A stretch of 64,000 nt of DNA from positions 512,001-576,000 of the forward strand of contig CAVZSQ010000013.1 in NCBI GenBank assembly GCA_963777955.1. The letters run 5' to 3'. The DNA comes from Calditrichia bacterium. GTDB taxonomy: Bacteria > Calditrichota > Calditrichia > JAJRVZ01. The translations under genes and the position numbers were made by a program. The notes beneath the pieces are model-generated. The model saw only the letters and a list, made by a program, of their open reading frames with translations, made no database searches and was not told the origin of the DNA. Shown here one piece after another: positions 35,909 to 45,833 of the stretch; position 1 is the stretch's first letter, and each line of letters opens with the position of its first letter.

Positions 35909-36667
35909 CTACCAACCTAATTTTTGTCGTAAAATTTTTCCCGAGGACCGGCTGATGATCAACTCGGTATTTTTTTTGTCCTTCATTTTTGTTTTATAGC
36001 CGCCGGCAAACCAGGCTTCGATCATGGTAATGTAATTCAAATTGGCCAGTGTTGAACGGTGGATACGGAAAAATTTGTCCGGATTTAAACGGGCCTGCAA
36101 TTCATCCAGGGTATAATTGACCAGAAATTTAGCATCGTACAGATAGGCAAATACCAGACGATCTTCACTGGCCAGATAGATAATATCGTCATCAGATAAA
36201 ATATAAATCTTATCTCCGATCCTGGAAGGGATGCGGGTCAGATATTCTTTGGCGGTGTTATAGTTGGCCAGCAGGTTTTTTATGGCAGCCAGGGCCGGTG
36301 CTCCGCTGCCCTGCCCGATTTTTTCTTTGACACGTTGAAAAGCCGAATTCAGGCGGTCCTGGGCAAACGGTTTGAGCAGGTAATCAACCGCCTGCAGTTC
36401 AAAGGCCTGTACCGCATACTGGTTATAAGCAGTGGTGAAAATAATCAACGGATGATGTGAAATAATACGCAGCAGATCCAGACCTGATACATCGGGTAAT
36501 TGAATATCAAGAAAAACCAGATCGGGTTTTTGAGAATCGATCAGCGCTGCAGCTTCACGGCCGCTGCGGGCTTGCCCGATCAACTGTATCTCCGGCAGAT
36601 CCTGCAGCATCGCAGTCAACCTTTCCAGGGCCGGGAGTTCATCTTCAACTATGATAGTGGTGATCAT
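35909..36667 (-). CDS. LytTR-family response regulator
   Basis: IVEDE, VFLDIQL, FTTAY, DYLLKP, FFRIHRS, ISRS. Confidence 0.92.
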   Translation of the reverse strand: MITTIIVEDELPALERLTAMLQDLPEIQLIGQARSGREAAALIDSQKPDLVFLDIQLPDVSGLDLLRIISHHPLIIFTTAYNQYAVQAFELQAVDYLLKPFAQDRLNSAFQRVKEKIGQGSGAPALAAIKNLLANYNTAKEYLTRIPSRIGDKIYILSDDDIIYLASEDRLVFAYLYDAKFLVNYTLDELQARLNPDKFFRIHRSTLANLNYITMIEAWFAGGYKTKMKDKKNTELIISRSSGKILRQKLGW

Positions 36668-37776
36668 GGCAGATCCCTGGGAATAGTAAAACAAACTTTG
36701 GTACCTGCTGAAACTTCGGAACTGATATCCATTTTGCCGCGATTTTTATATAACAATTGCAGACGTTCAGCGATATTGCCCAGGGCCTGCCTGCTTTTGC
36801 CCGCCTGATTAACCAGGCCGGGCCTCATCCCGGCTCCATTATCTTTTATCTCTATCACGATATTCTGATCATCCTCCTGTATAGCCACATTTATCGTTAA
36901 ATTTTTTCGATCGGCAGGCCAGCCGTGACGGATCGAATTTTCCAGGATCGGTTGGATCAGGAATACAGGCACTTTTTGTTTAAGGCTGCGCAGATTTTGC
37001 TGCCAGTGCAGTTGCAGCAGATCACCATACCGTGCTTTTAATAATTCCGCATATTCCCGGGCAAAAGCAATTTCCTGTCCTAATTCGGTTGTCTCTTTTC
37101 CGGAATTTTCAAAGATATAGCGAAAAAGATCACTCAACTTCAATACCAGATTTTCTGCCTGTTGCGGATCACTTTTAATTGCAGCGGCAATGGTGTTCAG
37201 TGTGTTGAACAGAAAATGCGGCTCCATCTGAGCCTGCAGAGCAGTCAGTTGAGCTTTTTGCGCAATACGGGTCTGTTTATCTCCCTGCCATTTTATTTCA
37301 ATATAACTTCCAAGTAAACCGCCCAGGCCGAATAAAAACATCAGCGCAAAAAACGGAATTATTATGGTACGGAATTCATCGGTACGGATTACGGTTGAGA
37401 TATCCGGCCGCATGGGCTCGGCCAGAAATGCAAAAAGTCCATTCCAGAGTTTGTCAGTTACCATGGGTTCCACTGCACTGAACGGAGTTAAAACGAAGTA
37501 TTGAAAAAGCAGACCGATCAGGTATACGAAACAGGCCAGAATTGTATAGATAAAGGCTTTTAAAATCCACTGCTGTCCGGCAGTAAATACCGACAGTTTT
37601 GCCAGCAGTAATTTGTGCAGCAGCCACAGGGTGAGTGCAAAAGTAATGACATTAAAATATCCCATCAGCAAAGCCTGGCTGACGTGAGTTTTACTGACCA
37701 GATAAATTAATGATAAAAGGGCACCGCCGCTAACGACGGCGCCCAGTTTTAATAATGTTTTTCTGCTGATTAACAT
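36664..37776 (-). CDS. LytS/YehU-type sensor histidine kinase
   Basis: N-terminal TM helices, LQAQMEPHFLFNTLN, QPILENSIRHG, DNGAG. Confidence 0.9.
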   Translation of the reverse strand: MLISRKTLLKLGAVVSGGALLSLIYLVSKTHVSQALLMGYFNVITFALTLWLLHKLLLAKLSVFTAGQQWILKAFIYTILACFVYLIGLLFQYFVLTPFSAVEPMVTDKLWNGLFAFLAEPMRPDISTVIRTDEFRTIIIPFFALMFLFGLGGLLGSYIEIKWQGDKQTRIAQKAQLTALQAQMEPHFLFNTLNTIAAAIKSDPQQAENLVLKLSDLFRYIFENSGKETTELGQEIAFAREYAELLKARYGDLLQLHWQQNLRSLKQKVPVFLIQPILENSIRHGWPADRKNLTINVAIQEDDQNIVIEIKDNGAGMRPGLVNQAGKSRQALGNIAERLQLLYKNRGKMDISSEVSAGTKVCFTIPRDLP

Positions 37777-38891
37777 CAGGTTGTTGATGCTGCCGGTTTA
37801 ATTTCATGCCAAATATAGCCAATTAAACTGCCCATTCCAAAACAGACCGCGGCCAATTCCAGCAACCAGCCTATAAGCGGAATTTTATCCAGCAATAGCA
37901 CACATAGAATTCCTACTAACAAAGACCAGAACAGGGGTGATACACCGTTCTTTTTTATTTGACGCATGATCCAGTTACCAAGGAATATAGCAGTAAAAAT
38001 ATAAGAGAGATAAATAAGGATCATATAAACTGCTGCCAGGATTACCCCCAATGGTATGGTCAGTATTAAAATAAGTAAAATTGCTGCCACCACCGGCGTT
38101 ACTACCAGAAACAGAAATCCAAGACCCAGATGTTTCCAGATGCCGGTCTGACTGTAGGTCAGATAATCCTTGCTGAAACCCTTGCAGAACGATATCAACA
38201 GGATCCCGACTACCAGGAAGGATAGCAGCAACCAGTAGAAATAGACCCTTTGATAGAAATGTTTATAAGTTTTAATCGTGACTTTTAAATCTGCAGGAGC
38301 AAACCTGGTGCTTTTTTCATCAAGTGCTTTGGGCAGGGTGAGATTCGTACCCCCGGCAGCTGCATATAATGAATCAAAGCGTACCCAGCCTGCTTCCAGG
38401 CAAACGCTCCCGCCAACCTTTCCATTCAGGTAGGCGTCCCCGGCACCGCCATCGATATTTCCATCAATGGTAGCGCCATTCAGATATAATTCACCCGTAC
38501 CCACATGCAGGTTACCATGAATATGAGCATTTTCAGTCAGACGCAGTTCTCCGCAATAGGCAAACAGATCGCCTTTGATTTCACTATCCACATAGATAGT
38601 CTGGGCAAAACCGACGGCATTATCTCCGACAGCTTCTTTAATGCTGAGTTCCCGGCAGGCAGCAAAAACGTCATCAGCGATGGGTGCCTCGATATTCGCT
38701 CGTTCACAGGCGATATAAATATCACCCAGGGCCGGTCCAAATATGTCCACAGTCCGGGCTGCTGCAAACAGATCATGATAAAGTGTATCCGCTTCTGTAA
38801 CATGGATCTCTCCGGCACCAGTGCAATTCGCCGCCATACCGAATCCGGTCAGAATTAAAGTGAAAATAACTAAGAACATTAACCTTTTCAT
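37776..38891 (-). CDS. Membrane protein with an N-terminal bactofilin-like beta-helical domain and a C-terminal multi-TM domain
   Basis: Signal peptide, repeated I.G.I.GD(L/V) units, then about five to six hydrophobic helices. Confidence 0.7.
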   Translation of the reverse strand: MKRLMFLVIFTLILTGFGMAANCTGAGEIHVTEADTLYHDLFAAARTVDIFGPALGDIYIACERANIEAPIADDVFAACRELSIKEAVGDNAVGFAQTIYVDSEIKGDLFAYCGELRLTENAHIHGNLHVGTGELYLNGATIDGNIDGGAGDAYLNGKVGGSVCLEAGWVRFDSLYAAAGGTNLTLPKALDEKSTRFAPADLKVTIKTYKHFYQRVYFYWLLLSFLVVGILLISFCKGFSKDYLTYSQTGIWKHLGLGFLFLVVTPVVAAILLILILTIPLGVILAAVYMILIYLSYIFTAIFLGNWIMRQIKKNGVSPLFWSLLVGILCVLLLDKIPLIGWLLELAAVCFGMGSLIGYIWHEIKPAASTT

Positions 38892-38983
38892 TTTTTCTCC
38901 TTTTTACTTATAAAAACCGTGATAAATATACCTATACCTTAAACAGAACCAATAAAGATCGTACCAGCAGTCGTTTACAGTGA

Positions 38984-39011
38984 CGAGTTGTAGAAAAAAG
39001 GTCTTGAGTGG
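38984..39011 (-). promoter_or_regulatory. Putative LytTR direct-repeat site
   Basis: Minus strand reads CCACTCA...CAACTCG with a 21-bp period, upstream of the 38891 operon. Confidence 0.35.
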
Positions 39012-39108
39012 ATTGAAAATGATGAAAGTCATAAGGTTTATAATATTCAGCTTGATATATAAATAAATTTTGAACAAGTTAATTTTATCCTATAAAAGGA
39101 GGCCTGCT

Positions 39109-41039
39109 ATGCGACGAAGTTTTATGATCATGATCTCCATTTTAATCTCATTCTTTTTATTAACAGTCACTAGAAACTAAATGCGCAGGTCCTGGAACAG
39201 GACTCGCTGGCCCTGGTGGCGCTCTACAACGGCACAAACGGTGACGGCTGGACCAACAGTACCAACTGGTTTAGCGGGAATGTCTCTACCTGGTACGGAA
39301 TAGTAGTTGCCGATAACCGGGTAACACAAATAAACCTGGGGAATAATAATTTGACAGGTACACTACCGGCAGAAATCGGTAATCTGACTCAGCTGCTGTT
39401 TCTGAGAGTCGGCAACAATGCATTAAGTGGTCCCATACCATCGCAAATCGGCAATTGCGTAAATCTCATTCTAATTCAAATTTACAATAATCAATTCAGT
39501 GGTTCGATACCTCCTGAAATTGGTAATTTAACTAATGTTAGTACACTGCAATTGAGCAACAATCAATTGAGCGGTGCCATCCCGGTCGAAATCGGTAATC
39601 TTATTAATTTACAACATCTGGAATTATTCGGTAATCCCCTCACCGGCACCATTCCCGTGGAAATCGGTAATCTCACTATTTTGCAGTGGTTGGAACTTTA
39701 TAATACGTCCATCAGCGGTAGCATACCCGCTGAAATCGGAAATCTTACTAACTTAAGGTATTTAAATCTGGGTCAGAATGATTTAAGTGGGGCGCTGCCG
39801 GCAGAAATTGGTAATATGGTCTCTTTAGAATCACTGCATTTGTCAAACAATGAGTTTAGCGGTTCGCTCCCGCCGGAAATCGGTAATCTGGATAGTCTGT
39901 ACATGTTCGCCCTTTCGCATAACAATTTTAGTGGAGAAATTCCCGGCGAAATTGGTGACATGGCTAAACTCAGATATATCTATTTCGAACAAAATCAGTT
40001 TGAAGGTGCAATTCCTGCGGGAATTTCCAATCTTACCGGACTGGAACAATTGAGTATCCGTTATAATCAAATGAGCGGTGAGATCCCTGCTGAAATATAC
40101 AGCATGACGAAATTAACCGATTTATCCCTGTCATATAATCAATTCACCGGATCCATTCCTGAAGATATCGGTAATCTTACTGCTTTGACTGGTCTTTTTC
40201 TCGACGGAAACCACTTATCGGGTACTATACCGGCGGGTATCGGAGCACTTACTGAGCTGAGATGGATTTATCTTCAAGAAAACCAATTCTCAGATTCCAT
40301 CCCTGCCGACCTGGCTAATCTATCAAAATTACAGGAATTGAGAATTCATGATAACTTTTTTTCCGGATTGCCCGATTTAAGTTCACTGACTGCTCTGTAT
40401 GCGTTCACCATCGAAAATAACGGCTTCACTTTTGAAGATATTGAAAGCAATGTCGGTATTTCCGGTTTTACGTATGCTCCACAGGACAGTGTGGGAAAAC
40501 AAATTGATTCTACACTGTCACTGGGAGGATACTTACAAATGTATGTTACTGTCGGCGGTACGGCAAACCAATACCAGTGGATGAAACACGAAGTGGATAT
40601 TACAGGGGCGACGGATAGTGTATTTATCATATCTTCTGCACAGTTAACGGATTCCGGTTCATATATATGTAAAATCACCAACACGATCGCCACAGGCTTA
40701 ACATTGTACAGCAGACCGGTCAATGTTTCGGTAATCGATCCTTCAGCAATAACAGAAATGTTGCCGACTCTTCCCACTGCATACGATTTATACCAGAATT
40801 ATCCGAATCCGTTTAATTCAAGCACCAATATCCAATTCTCAATTCCCAATTCTGAATTTGTAACTTTGGAAGTTTACAACTTACTTGGCCAGCAAGTGGC
40901 TATACTAATGAATGAGAAGTGTGAGGCGGATTATTATACAATACTATTTGATGCTACCCGTTTGACCAGTGGTGTTTATTTCTGCACCATCCGGGCCGGT
41001 CAATTCCAAGCCGTCAAAAAAATGCTATTGGTAAAATAG
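39109..41039 (+). CDS. Secreted LRR (about 16 plant-type 24-aa repeats) + Ig-like + T9SS CTD protein; frameshift in the signal peptide near 39172
   Basis: AAAGGAGG RBS; LxxLxLxxNxLSGxIPxEIGN repeats; YQWMK...DSGSYICKI; LYQNYPNPFN. Confidence 0.88.
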
Positions 41040-41117
41040 TATCATCACTATTTGAAATACTAATGATTACTGAACAATCCAAATTATTTGCACGGTTTTA
41101 ATCTTACGGGGGTCGAC

Positions 41118-42473
41118 GTGAAAAACAGTTATATCACTGCAATTTCCATATTTTTATTATCTTTATTTACAATACCAAAAACTATTAATGCCCAGGAACG
41201 TGAACAGGACTCGCTGGCACTTGTTGCAATTTATAACAGTATGGGTGGTGAAAACTGGAATGACCGCACCAACTGGTTGACTGCAGAACCTATTAATAAC
41301 TGGTATGGTATCAACGTTTCCAATAACCGTGTGGTGCAAATATATCTGGGGAGCAATAATCTGATCGGGAACCTGCCGGAAGAAATAGGTAATCTAACCA
41401 AATTAGAAAATTTGGTTCTTTATGGTAATCATATTGAAAATCCATTGCCCGTATCGTTAAAAAATTTAACTTCCCTGTGGGAAGTTGTTCTGAACGGCAA
41501 TGAACTGACAGGAACCTTTCCACTAGATTTGTGCGATATGACTACTCTGACACACATTAATTTACAGCACAACCAACTGTCCGGCTCTATTCCTGCAGAG
41601 ATTGGTAAATTAACCAATCTAATAGATTTGCATCTGAGTTATAACCAATTTGACGGGAATCTCCCGGTGGAATTGGGAAGTCTAACAAAATTAGACGGAT
41701 TGTTCCTCAGTGGAAACCAGTTATCCGGTGCTATACCGGCTGAATTTGTAAATCTAACCGGGTTGATGAATTTAGTTTTAGATAATAATAATTTTGACCA
41801 GTTACCGGACCTAAGTTCTCTGGCCAATCTTAGTGATCTTAATGTCGAATTCAATCGCTTCACATTCGCGGATATTGAACCTAATATCGGAATCCCAAAT
41901 TTTACCTACTCACCGCAGGACAGCATCGGGGCAAGTAAAGATACGACTATCGCTGTTGGAAGCCAGATTGAATTATCGATTACTGTCGGCGGTACTGCCA
42001 ACCAGTACCAGTGGATGAAAGATGGAGTTGATATTCCGGAAGCCGTTGCCAGTACCTATACAATTTCATCTGCCCAGGCAGCGGACGCCGGCTCTTATGT
42101 TTGTAAGATCAGCAATACGCTTGTCACCGAACTGGTTCTATACAGCAGACCGATCGATGTAACCGTGGAAGAATCCAGTGCGCTGGCTGGTTTTTCACCG
42201 CAAATTCCTGTGGATTATCAATTATTTCAGAATTATCCCAATCCATTTAATCCAAGCACCAATATCCAATTCTCAATTCCCAAATCTGAATTCGTTAGGC
42301 TGGCAATTTATAACTTGCTTGGCCAACAAGTGGCTATACTAATGAATGAAATGTGTGAGGCGGGTTATCATATAATACTATTTGATGCGGCGCAATTAAC
42401 CAGCGGTGTATATTTCTGCACAATACGTGCGGATCGGTATACGGCAGTAAAAAAGATGCTGCTGGTTAAATAG
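41118..42473 (+). CDS. Secreted LRR (about 8 repeats) + Ig-like + T9SS CTD protein, paralog of the upstream gene
   Basis: GTG start, EQDSLALVAIYN cap, 24-aa LRRs, YQWMKDG...DAGSYVCKI, LFQNYPNPFNP. Confidence 0.88.
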   Translation: MKNSYITAISIFLLSLFTIPKTINAQEREQDSLALVAIYNSMGGENWNDRTNWLTAEPINNWYGINVSNNRVVQIYLGSNNLIGNLPEEIGNLTKLENLVLYGNHIENPLPVSLKNLTSLWEVVLNGNELTGTFPLDLCDMTTLTHINLQHNQLSGSIPAEIGKLTNLIDLHLSYNQFDGNLPVELGSLTKLDGLFLSGNQLSGAIPAEFVNLTGLMNLVLDNNNFDQLPDLSSLANLSDLNVEFNRFTFADIEPNIGIPNFTYSPQDSIGASKDTTIAVGSQIELSITVGGTANQYQWMKDGVDIPEAVASTYTISSAQAADAGSYVCKISNTLVTELVLYSRPIDVTVEESSALAGFSPQIPVDYQLFQNYPNPFNPSTNIQFSIPKSEFVRLAIYNLLGQQVAILMNEMCEAGYHIILFDAAQLTSGVYFCTIRADRYTAVKKMLLVK

Positions 42474-42483
42474 TTTTAATCTC

Positions 42484-42524
42484 CGTGGGACTTCGTGACA
42501 TATTTTGTTACACGAAGTCCCACG
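42484..42524. terminator. 14-bp hairpin of CACGAAG units between convergent genes
   Basis: cgtgggacttcgtg-N13-cacgaagtcccacg. Confidence 0.7.
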
Positions 42525-42564
42525 AAGATCCGCGGTGAAAAGACATGAAGAGATACTGGATAGT

Positions 42565-43698
42565 TCAAAACATTACATCATGTGACGTTATCTTTTTAGC
42601 CAGGATGCATCTTTTTTCATAAGCCTCCCGGGCGATACGAATATCTTCCAGATAGATGGGTAACTCATCAAGATATAAGGCCTGCGGTCCGTCGACCAGT
42701 GCTTTTTTAGGAAACGGATGAAAATCGACCAGGACCATATTAGCGCCGGCAATAATGCCTTGCGCCGTGGCATGAAATATTTCCATCAGACCATCCGGGG
42801 CTTTATCCCGTGAACCGACCGAATGAGAAGGATCGATACACACCGGCATGCGGGTCAGGCGCTTGACCACCGGAACATGCACAAAATCCACGAAGTTTCT
42901 ATGCGGATCGCCCAGAGAAGTTTTAATCCCCCGCAGGCAAAAAATAACGTTTGCATTCCCTGCACTGGCTAAATACTCTGCAGCATTCAGCGATTCACTC
43001 AGGGTGATGCCAAATCCGCGTTTCAATAATACCGGGAACTCCTTCTGCCGACCGATTGTTTTTAACAGTTCAAAGTTTTGAATATTGCGGGTCCCGATCT
43101 GTAAAATAACACCCGTCGGACGCCCTGTTTGTTCCAGGCAATTCTTTATTTCATCCATGTGCTTTTCATGCGTCACTTCCATGGCAATCACTTTTATGCC
43201 ATATTTCCCGGCCAGTTCGAAACACATAAGGCAGGCAACTTTCTACCATGTCCCTGAAACGAATACGGATTGGTCCTGGGTTTGTAAGCACCCATGCGGG
43301 TACAGTATCTGCCCGTTTTCGCGCAGCGCTTTCATCATCAGTTCTGTATGTTCTCTTGAATCTACAGCGCACAGACCGGCAAAAACATGGAGGTTCTCCT
43401 GGCTGAAATGGACCCCGTTATAATCAAATCCGACGGCCCGGTTTTTGTCTTTGTGCCGGCCGATAATCCGGTATGCTTCGGAGATCCTGATCACCCGTTC
43501 GACGGTGGGCAGGGCTGCTATCTGTTCCCGGTCGATTTTGGATGTATCGCCGATCAGGTAGATCTCGGTCAGTTTCTGCTGTTTTCCTGAAATGATATGT
43601 TTCTTAATCTGAACATCCGGCAGAGCGTTCAATATTTTCCAGGTTTCAATAAATTCCTTTGATTTCTCATCCGTGTTGGGGTGAAGAATTACCAGCAT
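42565..43698 (-). CDS. DAHP synthase type I-beta with N-terminal regulatory domain (three apparent insertions at 43220-43310)
   Basis: FAGLCAVD, MGAYKPRTNPYSFQG (after frame repair), LQIGTRN, LLKRG, DPSHSVG, DGPQAL. Confidence 0.85.
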
Positions 43699-43831
43699 GC
43701 GACGATCCTCTTCTGCTATTGTTGTATTTTCGTATTGATTATATCTTTGATTTTATCTACACAATATTAATAATAAAATGTACTTTACGAAATAATTAAT
43801 ATACCCTTATCAGAATTCATATAAGAAAATA

Positions 43832-43934
43832 TTACACGAAGTCCTACGGCGAAGCAGCACGAAGGTACACGAAGATTAATTCAAGATAAACCTCGCCGAA
43901 GGTCTTCATTATTTCTTCGTGGATCTTCGTGTAA
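43832..43934. repeat. MITE-like element of CACGAAG units with terminal inverted repeats
   Basis: ttacacgaag ... cacgaag gtacacgaag ... cttcgtg gat cttcgtgtaa. Confidence 0.7.
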
Positions 43935-43993
43935 GAATTTATTTTTCGAAGTATGGCCGACTGGCACCTGTTTTATTTTGATGTTATGGCATA

Positions 43994-44446
43994 TTACTTG
44001 ATAACTTTTTCAAAACACAGACTGTTTTCTTTACCGGCGTATTGTCCAAAGTTTGGAATGCGGGTGTATCCATTCTTTTCATAAAGTCTGATTGCTTCCG
44101 GCTGTCGTTTTCCGGTTTCCAGGATACATTTTTCGCAGGACAATTCAGCCGCCCATTTTTCTAAATCAGTTAAAACTCCGGTTGCTATTCCTTTGCCTCT
44201 GTATTCCGGCAATGTGTACATTCTTTTAATTTCAGCAATATTCGGTGCATATTGTTTTATTGCCCCGCAGCTGACCGGTTTATCATTGTCATAGGCGACA
44301 ATGACAAATTTAATTTTATCGATTTTGTTGAATTGCGCATAAAAGGCATGTTCATCCCCGTCTCTTTCGGCCAACTCGGCATCAAGGTGTTTTACCAGCT
44401 CAATAAAATCACTGTTTTCAGAATTTGTTCGTACTATTCTAAGCAT
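43994..44446 (-). CDS. GNAT-family N-acetyltransferase
   Basis: EIKRMYTLPEYRGKGIA, LETG, AIRLYEKNGY. Confidence 0.9.
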   Translation of the reverse strand: MLRIVRTNSENSDFIELVKHLDAELAERDGDEHAFYAQFNKIDKIKFVIVAYDNDKPVSCGAIKQYAPNIAEIKRMYTLPEYRGKGIATGVLTDLEKWAAELSCEKCILETGKRQPEAIRLYEKNGYTRIPNFGQYAGKENSLCFEKVIK

Positions 44447-44544
44447 CTAAAGTTTGTTTAGCAGTAACGGTGTCATTATCAAATAGAAAATAATCGTATT
44501 CCTGATTTCCTCACACCTGATATATTATCTCGTGGAATCACTCT

Positions 44545-45786
44545 CTACGGCTCTGTGGATGGGAGGATATATTCACTTATAATATTTTTTATAGGTACCT
44601 TTTCGGCAGTATAGTAATTCCCTGCCGTCGAAACCACAACCAGGTTCCCGGCGGGGTAAACTATGATCCACTGGCCGCCCCAGCCCGCCGCCAGGTATGC
44701 CGGAAATTCGGTACCGTTAACGCTATCCCACTGCCACCACTGGTACCCGTATCCGTCGGCCCATGTATATTCATTTGAATATTGATTTGGATCTATAAAT
44801 TTTTGCGTAGACACATTTACCCATTCCTGCGAAATGATCCGCTCACCGTTCCATACACCTCTGTTTAGAAAAAGAGTGCCGAATTTAGCCATATCCCTGG
44901 GCCGCAGCATCAAATCTCCCGAAGCAAAAACGACATTATTGCTAAGATGCTGCCATTCAAAATCCACGATTCCGAGTTTACTGAACAAATAGGTATCAGA
45001 AAACTCATCCAGAGTTAAGTCGCTTGCTAGATGAACGATTTCTCCCAATACATTCGTATTGCAATTGTCATAATCGAAAACGGTACCGGGAGTTTCGGAT
45101 AATGGCTGCTTAAGGATATAGCGCAGCGGATCATTTGTCGTGAACAGTTGATATATATCATTGCGGGGATCGGAATAGGGAAATGTTTCGTCATCCCACT
45201 CGATTCCGGAGGTCATGGTGAGTAGATGTTTTATGGTAAGTTCCCGCTTCTCCTCAGCCCCGGCAAGAAGATCGGAGTATTCCGGGAAAAAATCGAACAC
45301 TTTTTCTTCTACTGAATCGACGAAACCTTTATCGATGGCGATACCGACCAGCGCCGATACTATGCTCTTCGTCGCCGAACAGAGTGTATGTGTATCATCC
45401 CTGTTGAATCCCATTTCTCCGGTGTACTCTGCCAGGCAAAATTTTTGACCTTCGAAATATTCCTCGAAAACCAGTTTCCCATCCTTCACAACAAGAAGAC
45501 TGTGTATGTTATGATCCTTGATGTAGTTTAAGCTGTTCAGCAATCTCTCTAAATATGTATAATCCATTCCTACTGCAGACAGGGATGCCGTTTCCCACCC
45601 ATCACCGGTTTGCCCCGGAACGACATAATGATATTCTCCGGCAATAGGATTAAAAGGGAGCTGGCCCTTCTGGCAAGAAAGTAGACCGCAACAGAAATGG
45701 ATGTAAAAAATCAGTAAAAGAAAGTTACCGGGTGTAGGCCAGATTCTGGCTTCCTGCCGATCATTCCCTGCGTAGGCATTCTTCAT
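44545..45786 (-). CDS. Serine hydrolase, beta-lactamase class C-like / NylB family, probable lipoprotein
   Basis: SATK (SxxK), YDN (YxN), HLLTMTSG, LRPRDMAKFG. Confidence 0.85.
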   Translation of the reverse strand: MKNAYAGNDRQEARIWPTPGNFLLLIFYIHFCCGLLSCQKGQLPFNPIAGEYHYVVPGQTGDGWETASLSAVGMDYTYLERLLNSLNYIKDHNIHSLLVVKDGKLVFEEYFEGQKFCLAEYTGEMGFNRDDTHTLCSATKSIVSALVGIAIDKGFVDSVEEKVFDFFPEYSDLLAGAEEKRELTIKHLLTMTSGIEWDDETFPYSDPRNDIYQLFTTNDPLRYILKQPLSETPGTVFDYDNCNTNVLGEIVHLASDLTLDEFSDTYLFSKLGIVDFEWQHLSNNVVFASGDLMLRPRDMAKFGTLFLNRGVWNGERIISQEWVNVSTQKFIDPNQYSNEYTWADGYGYQWWQWDSVNGTEFPAYLAAGWGGQWIIVYPAGNLVVVSTAGNYYTAEKVPIKNIISEYILPSTEP

Positions 45787-45833
45787 TAGAAAACTCCCCT
45801 ATGTGATAATAAAACCTGTATCCGTTCAAAAAT

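Noticed and set aside
39360..40330. 72-nt periodic gaaatcggtaatct repeats resembling a CRISPR array
   Set aside because: They are the EIGNL codons of 24-aa LRRs within an open frame; the repeats are degenerate and no cas genes are present.
40790..42430. Similar CTD-coding segments as a DGR template/variable repeat pair
   Set aside because: Differences are not confined to adenines, both copies are coding, and no reverse transcriptase is present.
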